Translations under genes and position numbers: made by a program
Notes under the pieces: generated by a model
Database searches by the model: none
Seen by the model: only the letters and a program-made list of their open reading frames with translations
What the model was told of the DNA's origin: nothing
Origin: Malacoraja senta
Taxonomy: Eukaryota
DNA length: 64,000 nucleotides
Assembly (NCBI GenBank): GCA_038087875.1
Contig: CM075999.1
Location: 310,001-374,000 of the forward strand
Direction of reading: 5' to 3'
Shown here: one piece after another, positions 36,936 through 50,392 of the stretch
How positions within the stretch are numbered: the stretch's first letter is position 1
Layout: every line of letters begins with the position of its first letter

Positions 36936-37150
36936 CTCACCAAAGCATAAAGCAATAAAAACGACAAAATAATCTGAGGTTTTAACAAAGAAGCAATAAA
37001 TACAAATAATTCATAATTTGAAAGGAGTATTTTCCGAGAAGAATCAAAGCTGGAAAAAATGGAAGAAATGAAGATCTCTTTGTACACAGCACCACTGCTT
37101 TCCAGCAATGTTTATGCATTGTGACCTTTGACCTGGGCATGCGCAGTCAG
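36935..37150 (-). promoter_or_regulatory. Candidate promoter and first exon of a minus-strand transcript
   Basis: NRF1-like TGCGCATGC (37137-37145), DR1 element TGACCT-T-TGACCT (37122-37134), perfect donor G|GTGAGT at 36941/36940 leading into CpG-rich sequence. Confidence 0.45.
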
Positions 37151-37269
37151 AATACCGAACTCGCTTATAAAGTATTATTGTATTGCTTTGTTGCTTGCAG
37201 CAACATCACAAGCACAGTCTCAGACAGCACTCAAACATACGAATCATGCATCCATTATGTATATATTCT

Positions 37270-38490
37270 TCAAGACAATTTGCATACCGGACAAATAGAT
37301 CAGTGGATGACGCAGTCAACCTAGGCCTGCACGTCATCCTCCAGCACCTAGATTGCCAGGGGACCCATGCAAGGAATTTGTTTGTGGATTTTAGCTTTGC
37401 ATTCAACACAATTGTACCAGAGCTACTACACTCCAAACTCTCCCAGTTGACTGTGCCTGGAGCCCTTTGTCAGTGGATCACCAAGTTCCTGACAGACAGG
37501 AAGCACCATGTGAGGCTGGGCACGCACATCTCGGACCCGCTGACCCTGAGCACAGGAGCACCGCAAGGCTGCATACTCTCCCCTCTTCTTTACTCTCTCT
37601 ACACCAACGACTGCACTTCCACAGACTCCTCTGTCAAGCTTCTCAAGTTTGCGGACGACACAACCCTAATTGGACTGATCCAGGATGGGGAGGAATCTGC
37701 CTAGACAAGAAGCGACACAGCTGGCGTCCTGGTGCCATCGCAACAACCTGGAGCTCAATGTACTTAAGACAGTGGACCTGATAGACTTTAGGAGAGTCTC
37801 TCCTCCCTCCACTCACCATGAACAACACCACAATCACATCTGTGGAGTCATTTAAGTTCCTTGGAACCATCATCTAGAGGACTTTAAATGGGAGGCCACC
37901 ATCAACTCCACAGTCAAAAAGGCCCAACAGAGGATGTAATTCCTGCTGCAGCTGAGAAAACACAATCTGCCACAGGCAATGATGGTCCAATTCTATACAG
38001 CCATCATAGAGTCTGTCCTCACCTTCTCCATCATGGTCTGGTTTGGCTCAACCATGAAGCATGACATCTGGAGTCTGCGGCGCATCGTTAGATCAGCCGA
38101 AAAGGTTATTGGCTGCAACCTTCCCCCCACCGACAAACTGTACACTGCAAGGGCCAGGAAGCGAGCGGGTAAGATCATCTCTGACACCTCTCACCCGGGC
38201 CACAAGCACCTCCCTCTGTAAGGCGACTCCGGACTGTCAAAGCCGCCACAGCCAGACATAAAAACTGTTTTTTTTCCATGAGCAGTAGCTCTACTCAACA
38301 GCCAAAAGTCATGTAGCCTCCTTTTGCTCTGGTATTTTATTTCATTCTTCACATGTTTAAATTATAATGTTTTATTTTTAATTGTCTACTGTATATCATG
38401 TTGTCACTTGCGAGCAAAGCACCAAGGCAAATTCCTTGTATGTATACATACTTGGCTAATAACATTTACTCAATTCAATTCAATTCAAAA
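37270..38490 (+). mobile_element. Rex1/Babar LINE, 5'-truncated, decayed
   Basis: [59 protein letters not shown]; (ATTCA)n tail. Confidence 0.92.
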
Positions 38491-38849
38491 AGTGCAACAA
38501 CTTTCTTTAGAGATAACTATCCAAGGTACATGGAAAGGAAAGGTTCAGAGAGACATTGGCCAAAAGCCAGCAAATGGAACTAGTATAGATGGGGCATTTT
38601 GGTCAGCCTAGACAAGATGGGCTGAAGGGTCTGATTACGTGTTGTATGACTTTGTGACTCTATTTGTCCAAAACACAAGTAGAAAACAAGTCCAGGAGGT
38701 GGTCCATAGCGTTCCATTGACAAGGTTGCAAACAAACCCTAGAAGACAACACTGCTATAACAACCTCTCTGACTACAGAGAAATGATGTGTCCAGTTTTG
38801 TCCTTTAGAACATCGAATAGTACAGCACAATATTTCTCCCAAATATGAT

Positions 38850-39330
38850 GCCTAGTTAAACCATGGATCATCAGCCTGCACATGATCCATATCCCTCTAT
38901 TCCTTGCATTTCAATGTGCCTATCTAAAAGCTTCTTAAACACATCTGCCTCCATCACTACCCCCTACCCCTGGCAATGCGTTCTAGGCCCCCACCACTCT
39001 CTGTGTAAAATACTTGCCCAGCACATCTCCATTAAACATCCCCATACTCACCCTAGAGCTATGCCCTCTAGTGTTGGGCATTTGCACCCTGGGAGAAAAG
39101 TTCTGACTGTCTACCCTATCTAGGCCTCTTATAATTCTATATACTTCTATCAAGTCTATCGTCAAACTCTGACGTTCCAGAGACAACAATCCAAGTTTAT
39201 CCCACCTTTCCCTGCAGTAGCAACTCTTTAATCCAGGCAGAATTCTGGTAAACTCATCTGCACCCTCTCAAAAGCCTCCAATAGTTTCCTGTAATGGAGC
39301 AACCAGAACTGCACACAATACTCCAAATAG
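38850..39330 (-). mobile_element. CR1 3' fragment
   Basis: DLIEVYRIIRGLDRVD..FPRV..TRGH..FTQRVV. Confidence 0.85.
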
Positions 39331-39384
39331 ATCATTTCTGGATCTATTAGCCACAGTTTTGTCCAACTGTCTTATAATTTACAG

Positions 39385-39565
39385 AGGCCAATTACAGAGG
39401 CAATTTACAGAGGCCAATCAACCTACAAATCGACATGTCTTTGGGATGTGGGAGAAAACCGGAGCATCAGAGATGCTATCTGGCACGCAAACTCCACACA
39501 GATAGCACCCAAGGTCAGGATTGAATCAGGGTCTCAGGTGCTGTAAGGCAGCGGCTCTACCACTG
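39385..39565 (-). mobile_element. V-type SINE fragment
   Basis: GGGATGTGGGAGAAAACCGGAGC...AGCACCCAAGGTCAGGATTGAA. Confidence 0.65.
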
Positions 39566-40119
39566 GCCCATTTCACCCATTAAATCTTTACCTTCTCTCT
39601 GAGAAAATCCATCAGTCCCATTCCTCCTCTTATTCACTCCTACACACCACCAACTTCACCATAGTCTGGTTGAAAGAACTTGACCTGAAACGTCATCTGT
39701 CCATTCCCTCCACAGATGCTGCCTGAGTTCCTCTAGCTGCTCGCTTGTTTTCTCCCTAATGCCTGCCACCATCTGCTCCCGTGACATCATCTTGAGGGTT
39801 CCACACGCCCAGATGCTCGGCCCTGGGATGTACACAAGCAGTTGGCATGTAAATGGTGCAATTTGGAACCACACCCTGGAGTATAAATAATGGATATTTC
39901 TTTGTTTCATTCAATGTCATCATGCTGGATTATTTGAGTATTCTCCCCACTTTCTCAGTAATTGTTGTGCACTTACACTGGCGATTACTCATGCTGAACA
40001 AAAGGCTCTGTTTTGTCAGCTTGGTACCTAACAACATGGTAACCTCTCCTGTCACAGAGAAGGGTGAGACTTTGGTGATGCTGCAAGAGTCTGGGGAATG
40101 GTGTAAGAGTCCATGTCGC

Positions 40120-40410
40120 AGTTCATTCCAAGCTGCTCCGTCAATGATGCCGACTGGCCCATTCCGCACCGCAGGAGTACGTGCTGAGGGACTCACTGAA
40201 GCTTTGTGCAGCCAACGCCAAGGCTCAGTGGGGGAGTACCACAGTCTAGATTCGTTCCGCTGCTGGACATTGAGGGACAGAGTCCAGTGGGGACACCCCC
40301 CAAACAAGGGAAGGGGTATCACCCCACAGGGGTGGCAAGGTTGTTTTGTGTAAAGATTGGTGCGAACGCAACTGAATATGACACTAGTGAATATATAGAT
40401 AATGTATGAA
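40120..40410 (+). mobile_element. Tx1-type LINE ORF2 C-terminal remnant
   Basis: Manual translation across a frameshift resembles CRLAHS..QEYVLRD.LKLCAANAKAQWG.TTV*. Confidence 0.5.
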
Positions 40411-40929
40411 GAACAATTTTGTTTCGTACATATTTTTAAACTGAATAAAGATTATATTTGAAATAAAAATCTCCTTGCACCAATCTGAATTCTTCACCCA
40501 TAACTACCCTGCCTGTTTCAAGAAGAAATGCTTTGAGAAACATTGTCAAATATGATTTCCCTTTCATAAATCCATGTTGATTCAGCCCAGCATAATTGTT
40601 ATTTTTTATTGCCCAGTTACCAATTCCTTGAAGCATATTTCATACCAGTGACACTAGGCTAATCATAGTTCCCTATCTTCCTCTCCCTCTTAATGAAATA
40701 GTGGTGCAGGCAGATGGGGTTAGTTAAATTGGCATCAGTTCCGTTTAGTTTAGAGATACAGCGCGGTAACAGGCCCTTCTGCCGCACCGATCAGCGACCC
40801 CTGCACATTAACACTATCCTACACTAGGGACATTTTTTACATTTATACCAAGCCAATTAACCTACAAACCTGTACTTCATCAGAGTGATCCTTTTCCTGT
40901 GCTATAGTGTTCTACGTTCTATTCACACT

Positions 40930-41585
40930 TAGACACATAGTCATAGTCATACAGCACAGAAACAGACCCTTTGGCCCAATTTGTCCCTGCTGACCAAGAC
41001 GCCCCATCTACGTTAGTCCTACCTGCCTGCGTTGCCCCATATCCTTCTAAACTTTTCCTATCTATCTATCTATCTATCTATCTGTCCAAATGTCTTTTAA
41101 ATGTGTTATAGTACCTGCCTCAACCACCTCCTCTGGCACCTTGTTCCATATATCAACCACCCTTTGCATGGAAAATGTTGCTCCTCAGATATTTCCCCCT
41201 CTCGCCTTAAACCTATATCCTCTAGTTCGTGATTCGCCTATTCCTAGTAAAAGATTGTGCATTCACACTATCCATTCCCGTCATGATTTTATGCATTGCT
41301 GTAAGATTGGCCTCCTCTGCTCCAAGGAATAAAGTCCTTGTCTGCTCACCCTCTCTCTATAGCTCAGGCCCCCAAGTACTAGCAACATTCACACAGATCT
41401 TTTGTATACTCATTCCAGCTTAATAACATCCTTCCTGAAGCAGGGTGATAAAAACTGAACACAATACTCCGTGCAGTCTCACCAATGTCCTGTACAACTG
41501 TAACATAACGTCCCAACTTCTATACTAATTATTTGACTAATGAAGGCCAGCTTACCAAAAGCCTTCTTCATCGTCCTATCTGCTT
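40930..41585 (-). mobile_element. CR1 3' fragment, decayed
   Basis: KAFGKLAFI, LYRTLVRLH.EYCVQF on reverse strand; (GACTAT)n tail. Confidence 0.8.
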
Positions 41586-41629
41586 CTATCCAAATAGACA
41601 CCAGATGTTCCTGAAGAGGACATTTCAAG

Positions 41630-42120
41630 GTAATCTGTGGAGTTCTCCACCATTGCCAGAGTGAGGACACACACAAACTGGAGGAACAGCAGCTCATATT
41701 CCACTTGGGTAGCTTACAACCCAACACTGAACATTGAACTCTCCGAATTTAGCTAGCTAACCAACAACACCACCCCCTCCCCCTGCTTTTTCCCTCTCTC
41801 TTCCCTGTGCCCCACCTGGATGCACACCCATTTCCCCCACTTTCCCGTTCCCCTTCCACCATCCCCTTCCACCGGCTTCACATTTGCGTACCTTCTCACT
41901 AACTTTATCTCACAAACTTTACTCTACTTCCCATCTCTGACCTTTGTCTATCCATCAGCCAGTGAAACCCCCATCACCCGAATCCACCAATCACATGCTG
42001 GACTTTGTCTCACCCCCACCTCTCTTTTAGTTTTTCCTTCCACTACAATCAATCACAAGAAAGGTCCTGACCCGAAATATCATCTGTCCATTCACTCCAG
42101 AGATGCTGCCTGACCTCCTG
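41630..42120 (+). mobile_element. Decayed Penelope 3' fragment
   Basis: KLEEQQLIFHLGSLQPN; terminus ...GGTCCTGACCCGAAATATC..AGATGCTGCCTGACC. Confidence 0.7.
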
Positions 42121-42171
42121 TCACTTTCTGTCTTTCTCTGGGGAATTCAATGTCAGATTCTCCAACTTTAT

Positions 42172-42760
42172 GCATATAACCATATAACCATATAATAATT
42201 ACAGCACGGAAACAGGCCATCTCGGCCCTTCTAGTCCGTACCGAACACTTATTCTCACCTAGTCCCATCTACCTGCACTCAGACCATAACCCTCCATTCC
42301 TTTCCCGTCCATATACCTATCCAATTTATTTTTAAATGATAAAATCGAACCTGCCTCCACCACTTCCACTGGAAGCTCATTCCACACTGCTACCACTCTC
42401 TGAGTAAAGAAGTTCCCCCTCATGTTACCCCTAAACCTCTGTCCCTTAATTCTCGAATCATGTCCTCTTGTTTGAATCTTCCCGACTCTCAATGGAAAAA
42501 GCTTATCCACGTCAACTCTGTCTATCCCTCTCATAATTTTAAAGACCTCTATCAAGTCACCCCTTAACCTTCTGCGCTCCAAAGAATAAAGACCTAACTT
42601 GTTCAACCTTTCTCTGTAACTTAGTTGCTGAAACCCAGGCAACATTCTAGTAAATCTCCTCTGTACTCTCTCTATTTTGTTGACATCTTTCCTATAATTT
42701 GGCGACCAAAATTGTACACCATACTCCAGAATTGGCCTCACCAATGCCTTGTACAATATT
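42172..42760 (-). mobile_element. CR1 3' end, distinct subfamily with (TTATATGG)n tail
   Basis: ORF 42259-42816: LYKALVRPILEYGVQFWSP...RRLRGDLIEVFK...FFTQRVVAVWNELP. Confidence 0.93.
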
Positions 42761-43166
42761 AACTCATTGTAACTCACACTTTCTTTTCCTCGCTCTATGG
42801 CCATTTCTCCTGACATTATTTTTGCTAATTTTCTACTTATTCTTTTTCTACATTCTGTATTGCTGCCATCTTCCCAGCCTCACCAGCTTAATGTGCTGGA
42901 AATTGCCCCCCTTTGACTCATGCTATCAGGACACCTGTATAAATACCTTTTAAATGTTGCAATAGTCGCTGCCTTTATCATCTCCTTGGTTCCACCCATA
43001 CCTCCCCCACCTTCTTTCCTGCTGAAAACGAATTTGCATTTCTCTTTTTCCTAGTACTGAGTCTGAAACATTAAGTGTTTCTCTTTCCATAGATGCCGTT
43101 CAACATGCTGATTATTTCCAGCACTTTCTGCTCTATTGACATAAGTAACTCACCCTCGATGATGAG

Positions 43167-43346
43167 GGTAGACAAAAATGCTGGAGAAACTCAGCGGGTG
43201 AGGCAGCATCTATGGAGCGAAACCCTTCTTCAGACCCGAAACGTTGCCTATTTCCTTTGCTCCGTAGATGCTGCCTCACCCGCTGAGTTTCTCCAGCATT
43301 TTTGTCTACCTTCGATTTTCCAGCATCTGCAGTTCCTTCTTAAACA
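43167..43346. mobile_element. Palindromic Penelope-derived mini-element with ~13-14-bp target duplication
   Basis: Inverted arms GGTAGACAAAAATGCTGGAGAAACTCAGCGGGTGAGGCAGCATCTA and its reverse complement ending at 43310; CTCGATGATGAGG on both sides. Confidence 0.85.
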
Positions 43347-44811
43347 ACTCGATGATGAGGGGCTGCCTGGAAAGAATTTCCACTTTCTACTGTGGGGGGG
43401 AAAAAGAAATGGTGCTCACACCTGCGGTCATTAGAGAAACATTTTTTAGTTGTTTTTCTTCTTTTGATTTCTAATTGCAGCAAATCAGTACTAAGCATCT
43501 CATGTTCGTGCAAGTAGGGTGTTGGCCATTGGTCGGGGCAGGACAAAGTACTTTAATCTTTGTCATTCTATTTCATTTCGGGAAAAATAAGCCTCGGGTG
43601 AATTTGTTGCACAAGAGTTGAGAACAGCATCTGTTGCTGTGTGTTGCTGGAAAACAATATGGCTCATTAACTTTGTAAAATGGTCCTTGGGTGAATGGTG
43701 CAAGACACTCTTTCAGGCCATGACACCTCAGAGAGAACTGGAATTAAATTGGAATTAAATTCAAGAGTAAAGTCAAGAGTGTTTAATTGTCACATTTACC
43801 ACCAACAGACAAACACGTTTTCAGTTTAATTTAGTTCCGCTTACAGACACAGCATAGAAATAGGCTTCTGCCCCATCAAATCCACGGCCAACCTCACCTG
43901 TTCACACTGGTTCTATGTATCCCCATACACTTCTCATCCACTCCCTACACACTAGGGGCAATCTTTTTACAGAGGCCAAATAACCTGCAAACTCATACGT
44001 ATTTGGGATGTGGGAGCAAAATTTTTGCCCAATTCTTTTTCAGCCGCAGAAGATGGCAATTTGAGATACTTGGCTAATGGTTCCTCTTTAAACTGTCCAC
44101 TATTTGATGGCAAGATCTGTTTAAACAGCTTAGGAAATTGAACTGCAAATGGAGACAGGTTATATATAACTACATTTGAGGTGGGTGGTTAAATAATTCT
44201 GAACAAATCCTTACTTATTGCATCAAATTTCTTGCTGCCATCAAATTTCCCACTGGTGATGGATTGGCAGCAAGTTCTAATTGAAGATCATCAGCTTGGG
44301 CAGCACATAAGGTTGTCAACGATCAGAGGCATACATGTTGACCATGACCCCCATCTACAGTAATCCCATCGAAAGTAATCCAAAATCCCACTAATCCCTT
44401 CCTAGCCAAGTACTTGTCCAAACACCTTGGCATCGTGAAAAGACACAAATTGCTGAACTCAGCATTTTATCTGAAGAAGTCCCAACCCAAAAAGTCAATC
44501 CACCCATGTTCTCCAGAGATGCTGCATGAGCTGCTAAGTTACTCAGCAAGTTGTCTCTTTCCTTGGTAAACCAGCATTTGCAGTTCCTTGTTTCTACACC
44601 TTGTCCTTGTAGCCACCTCCATCACCTCCTCTGGCAGCTCAGCACATACTTGAAAAGTAGGTGGAGGAAAATGGAGATGTTCACAAGGATGATATCAGAA
44701 ATGTAACAGCTCTATGGGACATGTTGCCTCCATCACTGTCGTGAGTAAAAGGAAATAACAGTAAACAGTAATTTTTCAAAGGGGTACTTACAATTGCAGC
44801 ATGACATTTCT

Positions 44812-46162
44812 GTACTCAAATCAACTCCTACCTCGACAAAGACCTGGACCCACTGCAGTTTGCCTACCGCAACAACAGATCAACGGTGGATGCGATCTCG
44901 CTGGCTCTCCACTCCGCTCTGGACCACTTGGACAACAAAAACTCATATGTCAGGCTGTTATTCATTGATTACAGCTCAGCATTTAATACAATCATTCCCT
45001 CCAAGCTGGTTACCACATTCGCAGAACTGGGTCTCTGCGCATCCCTCTGCAATTGGATCCTCGACTTCCTCATTCACAGACCACAGACTGTTCAAATTGG
45101 TGGAAAGGTGTCAGCCTCGATAACAATCAGCACGGGAGCACCTCAAGGCTGCGTGCTCAGCCCCCTGCTGTACTCACTCTATACTCATGACTGCGTAGCT
45201 GGTCATAGTGCGAACTCCATCATCAAGTTCGCTGACGACACCACTGTTGTGGGACGTATCACTGATGGGGACGAGTCAGAGTATAGAAGAGAGATCGACC
45301 GACTGACCAAATGGTGCCAGCACAATAATCTGGCCCTCAACACCAGCAAAACCAAGGAACTGATTGTGGACTTTGGAAGAGGTAGGGGGGACCGAGCAAA
45401 GTCCACAATCAGTGGGGACCCACAGTCCCGTTTATATCAATCGGTCGATGGTGGAAAGGGTCAAGAGCCTCAAATCCCTGGGCGCGCACATCTCTGAAGA
45501 TCTCTCCTGGTCCGAGAACACTGATGCAATTATAAAGAAAGCATATCAGCGCCTATACTTCCTGAGAGGATTACGGAGAGTCGATATGTCAAGGAGGACT
45601 CTCTCTAACGTCTACAGGTGCACAGTAGAGAGCATGCTGACCGGTTGCATTGTGGCTTGATTTGGCAACTTGAGCGCCCAGGAGTGGAAAAGACTACAAA
45701 AAATAGTAAACACTGCCCAGTCCATCATCGGCTCTGACCTCCCTTCCATCGAGGGGATCTATCGCAGTCGCTGCCACAAAAAGGCTGGCAGCATCATCAA
45801 GGACCCACACCATCCTGGCCACACACTCATCTCCCCGCTACCTTCAGGTAGAAGGTACAGGAGCCCGAAGTCTGCAACGTCCAGGTTCAGGAATAGCTAC
45901 TTCCCCACAGCCATCAGGCTATTAAACTCAACTCGAACAAAACTCTGAACATTAATAGCCCATTACCTGTTCATTTGCACTTTATCTGTTTTATTTATTC
46001 ATGTGTGTATATAATTATATAATGGTATATGAACACACTGATCTGTTCTGTATTCATGCCTACTATATTCTGTTGTGCTGAAGCAAAGCAAGAATTTCAT
46101 TGTCCTATCTGGGACATATGACAATAAACTCTCTTGAATCTTGAATCTTAAATCTTGAATCT
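44812..46162 (+). mobile_element. Rex1/Babar LINE, 5'-truncated
   Basis: [46 protein letters not shown]; (TCTTGAA)n tail. Confidence 0.95.
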
Positions 46163-46339
46163 TCTCCCTCTGATGGCCAACAACCTATTAATTCACTACT
46201 AAATGCCTGATCCACATGCATGAAGACCAGGCCTCGTGCACAGACACATGCATATAAAAGTTGGGATGTTGTGTTACATTTGTACAAAACATTGGATTGG
46301 CTGCACCTAGAGTATTGTGTAGAGTTCTGGTCCCCGCAG

Positions 46340-46860
46340 TGCAGGAGTGCAGATATGTGAAAGGGGACAAAAATGGGAGGACATGAGGTGGATCAGAGAG
46401 CGAGAGAAAGTACAACGCAGGATGGGAGAGAAAGAGAGGGTTACCTGAGATTGGAAAATTGGATGTTCATACATTGGGTTGTTGACTACCCAGGAGGAGG
46501 AGGAGGTGCTGCTTCTCTGGTTCCCCTTGGAGCTCACCCTGGCAGTGGAGGAGGTCAAAGATAGACTGGTCAGTGTGAGAATGGGAAGAACAGTTAAAAT
46601 GGCTGGAAATTGGGAGCGCAAGATGGCCATTGTGGATGGAGAGTGGGTGGTCCGTGAATTGCTCGCCTCATCTGCACTTGTTCCTGCCGACCGACCAATG
46701 TGCAGGAGACCACATTGGGAGCGCTGAATGCAGTAGGTGAAATTAGAGGAGGAGCAGGTAAATATTTGCCTCAACTGGAAGGGGTGTTTAGGTTCTTGGA
46801 ATGGGAGTGAGGGAGGTGATGTAGGGGTAGGTGTTGCACCTCCTGCAGTTGCTGGGAAAA
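46340..46860 (-). mobile_element. Old Penelope GIY-YIG remnant
   Basis: PKHPFQLRQIFTCSSSNFTYCIQRSQCGLLHIG. Confidence 0.75.
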
Positions 46861-47096
46861 GTGGGGAAAGCAGTTGCTTTATATAGTCATAACCTTTGCA
46901 AATGTCAAGATCTAGAAGGCATTGCTTTGTGTTAAGAGGGACAGAGTTTAAAAGAAATGTGCGACACAAGTTTTTTTACAGAGGATGGGGGGTGCCTGTA
47001 ACACTCTGCCAGGGGTGGTGGTGTTTATGAGGCTTTTAGATAAACACACGGATATACAGTGAATGGAGGGATATGGATCACATACAGGTGGATAAG

Positions 47097-47880
47097 TGGC
47101 TGTGTGATCCTCCGTCAGTTTCGCCACCTCCAACGTGACCCCACCACTCGCCACATCTTCCCATCTCCCCCCATGTCTGCCTTCCGCAAAGACCGCTCCC
47201 TCCGTAACTCCCTTGTCAATTCTTCCCTTCCCTCCCATACCACCCCCTCCCCTGGCACTTTCCCTTGCAACCGCAAGAGATGCAACACTTGTCCCTTCAC
47301 CTCCCCCCTCCACTCCATTCAAGGACCCAAGCAGTCGTTCCAGGTGCGACAGAGGTTCACCTGCATCTCCTCCAACCTCATCTATTGCATTCGCTGCTCT
47401 AGATGCCAGCTGATCTACATCGGTGAGACCAAGCGGAGGCTTGGCGATCGTTTCGCCGAACACCTCCGGTCGGTCCGCAATAACCAACCTGAACTCCCGG
47501 TGGCTCAGCACTTCAACTCCCCCTCCCATTCCGTATCTGACCTCTCTGTCCTGGGTCTCCTCCATGGCCACAGCGAGCAACACCGTAAATTGGAGGAAAT
47601 GCACCTCATATTCCGCTTGGGCAGTCTACATCCTGGGGGCCTCAACATTGAATTCTCCCAATTCTGCTAGCCCTTGCTGTCCCCTCCCCTTCATCAGCCA
47701 TCTGGTTGTCTCCTCCCCTCCCCCAGCCCTCGGGCTCCTCCTCCGCCTTTGTCCTTTTTTCCTTTCTTCTCCCCACCCCCTATCAGTCTGAAGAAGGGTT
47801 TCGGTCCGAAACGTTACCTATTTCCTTCGCTCCATATATGCTGCTGCACCCGCTGAGTTTCTCCAGCATTTTTGTGTACC
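47097..47880 (+). mobile_element. Young 5'-truncated Penelope insertion with open GIY-YIG frame, terminus and 14-bp target duplication
   Basis: ORF to 47670 (PCNRKRCNTC, NLIYCIRCSRCQLIYIGETKRRLGDRFAEH, GLN); CTGAAGA..GAAACGTT at 47788-47815; TACAGGTGGATAAG at 47083-47096 and 47881-47894 within a CR1 3' remnant. Confidence 0.95.
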
Positions 47881-48609
47881 TACAGGTGGATAAGGTTTGA
47901 TTCTCTTAGCATTATATTCGGGACAGACATTATGGGCTGAAGGGCCTGTTCCTGTGCTGTAATGTTCTATCTTCCACATTCTGTGTTAATAAACCCAGTC
48001 TATTCCACCTCTCCTTTTAAGAAAAGCCTTCTATTCCAGGCAACATCCTGGTGAATCTCTTCTGCACTCTCTCTATTGCTCCCTCTTATTTCCCCTCCTT
48101 TTTGCACAGAGATTTTGAGATATTGCACTCAGCAAAAGGTCCTTTGGTCAAATCGCAAGCAGTCTTTAATTTAAAAAATTAAATTTTGCTGGAGGAACTC
48201 AGGGGCAGGCAGCATCTCTGGAGGGGAATGGACAGCCGTCCTTTAGGGTCAGGACCCTCCTTAGTGTTTAGCTTATACACATGACAAGACATTCCTTTTG
48301 ATACTCTGAGAGACTGCTTCTCTGAGGTATCAGTCATTTATACATCACGTGCACTGTATACCACCCCATTTGTTTATCTTCAATCAGTAATTGCTGTTCA
48401 CTAAGCAATAATTATACTTCCACTTAATTTGGCACTCTTGAGGTGGTTTATCCTGTCTGGGACGGTATATCTTCCTGTACATGTGCCTTCAAGTTGTTTG
48501 TGCCTGGATCATTATTAACTCTGCTCTAAGCCCCTTTAAAATCATTAAGCTAACAGACAGATCGGCTGTTCTGTCAGCTCAAAGTAGCATGTTGCAGTAA
48601 TTATCCATT

Positions 48610-49220
48610 TCGTCTGAGAATGTTCGGCATGTCCACGAGGATTCTCTCACACTTCTACAGCTGCACTATAGAAAGTATTCTGGAAGGATGCATCTCAGTC
48701 TGTCCTCTGTTCTTGACCACAGAACCAGCGGAAAGTGGTGAAATACAGCCCCGTCCATTACAGGCTTGGCAGTACTTCCATCTAGTCCATCTTCATGGCC
48801 TTACCGTTACAAGAAGGCTGGAAGTATAGTCATGGATGCCTGACACCCCGGCCATTCCCTTTACTCTCTTTTCCCTTCTGGGAAAAGATACAGGACTTGA
48901 AAGCCCAGACATCTGGACTTAAGAACAGCTTCTTCACCACAGCTATCAGACTCCTGAACTAATCAGCTCTTTCACACCCTATTTCCGGAGGTGTTGACAC
49001 ATACTCTAAACTCTACATTGTTTGGTTAATCCATTATTGCACTTTAGATTTTTTGCTCTACTTCAGTTATGGCCCTTAAATCATTTTGCTGGTTTGCATT
49101 TGTCATTGTATTCATTGCTGTATCTGTGATTACCAGGTGTACTGTGTACTCCATGAGCTTCCTGTGAACAAGGAACCTCATTGCACCCTGGTGTATATGA
49201 CAAATAAATCTGAATCTGGA
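48610..49220 (+). mobile_element. Rex1/Babar 3' fragment
   Basis: FGMSTRILSHFYSCTIESIL; ..TATATGACAAATAAATCTGAATCTG tail. Confidence 0.8.
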
Positions 49221-49797
49221 CAATGTTTTACACTGGGCTTCAGCTTTCACCATCTTTGAACAAGTGTTCTGATGAAGCATCAAATCCTGTAACGTAACTG
49301 TTCACAATGGAGGGATATGGATCACAGGCAGACAGAGGAGATTAGTTTATCTTGGCATCATGCTCGGCATAGGCATTGTGGGCCGAAGGGCCTGTTCCTG
49401 TACTGTACTATGTTCTATCTATGTTCTTTCCACAAATGCTGCCTGATCTTGGTTTCCAGCTATTTCTATTTCAGATATCCTGCGTCTGCAGTTTGATTTT
49501 TCTAATACTTTCTTTTGTGCAATATATCTCCATTTGTGACTTGAAATTAAGTTTACTTTGATCACAATATTAACTGTCCCATCCCGAAACCTTTCAGCTT
49601 AGAGTCACTTGCCCGGAGAAATATCTTCACAGCATCTCCCCTATAGAGCCTCCTCACCCCTGAGGTTCTTGTATGTTCAATGCGGTTGCCTCATCCATCT
49701 CCGCCACAATGAGAATAAACCCAGTCGGCAAAAAAGCAACCTCATTCCAAAATTCTATCAAGAGAACCTTCACTATGCTATTTCTACAGTGAGTCTT

Positions 49798-50240
49798 TCC
49801 TTAGGTTTAGGTTTATTGTTTCATGTGTACTGAAGTACAGTGAAAAGCTTTGTTTTGCATGCTATCCAAACAGATCAGATACTATACATAAATACAATCA
49901 AGTTCAACTCAAGTACAATGGAAAGAGAAAAGGGGAAGATACATACTGCAGAATGCAGAATATAGTTCTCTTCACTGTAGCACATCAGTTCCTTAGACAA
50001 AGTCCAATGTCCACAATCATGTAGTGGTGAATTGGACAGTACCCTCGCTTATAGAAGGACCATACAGAAGCCTGAAAAAGATGGGAAGAAGCTGTTCCTA
50101 AGTCAAGAGTCAAGAGTCAAGAGTGGTTTATTGTCATGTGTCCCAGATAGAACAATGAAATTCTTACTTACTGCAGCAAAACAGAATATGTAAACATAGT
50201 ACACGTTAAACATTATGATAAACAATAGAGAAAAAAAAGT
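49798..50240 (-). mobile_element. Two adjacent Rex/Babar-type 3' tails on the minus strand
   Basis: (TAAACC)n-tailed segment ~49798-50100 (similar to ~62505-62670) and (TCTTGAC)n-tailed segment from 50101 matching 46080-46160. Confidence 0.65.
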
Positions 50241-50244
50241 TCAG

Positions 50245-50300
50245 TCTGTATATATACACATACCCACAAGTACGCATATATATACACATATATATATATC

Positions 50301-50375
<75 letters not shown>

Positions 50376-50392
50376 TTTCATATATATATATA
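50245..50392. repeat. (TA)n microsatellite
   Basis: Direct reading. Confidence 0.97.

Noticed and set aside
36237..36936. 198-aa and 215-aa ORFs in the GC-rich segment
   Set aside because: Overlapping on both strands, composition-driven, no recognisable motifs.
39853..40353. 166-aa and 130-aa ORFs as host exons
   Set aside because: A different, frameshifted frame resembles a Tx1 ORF2 C-terminus; no convincing splice signals.
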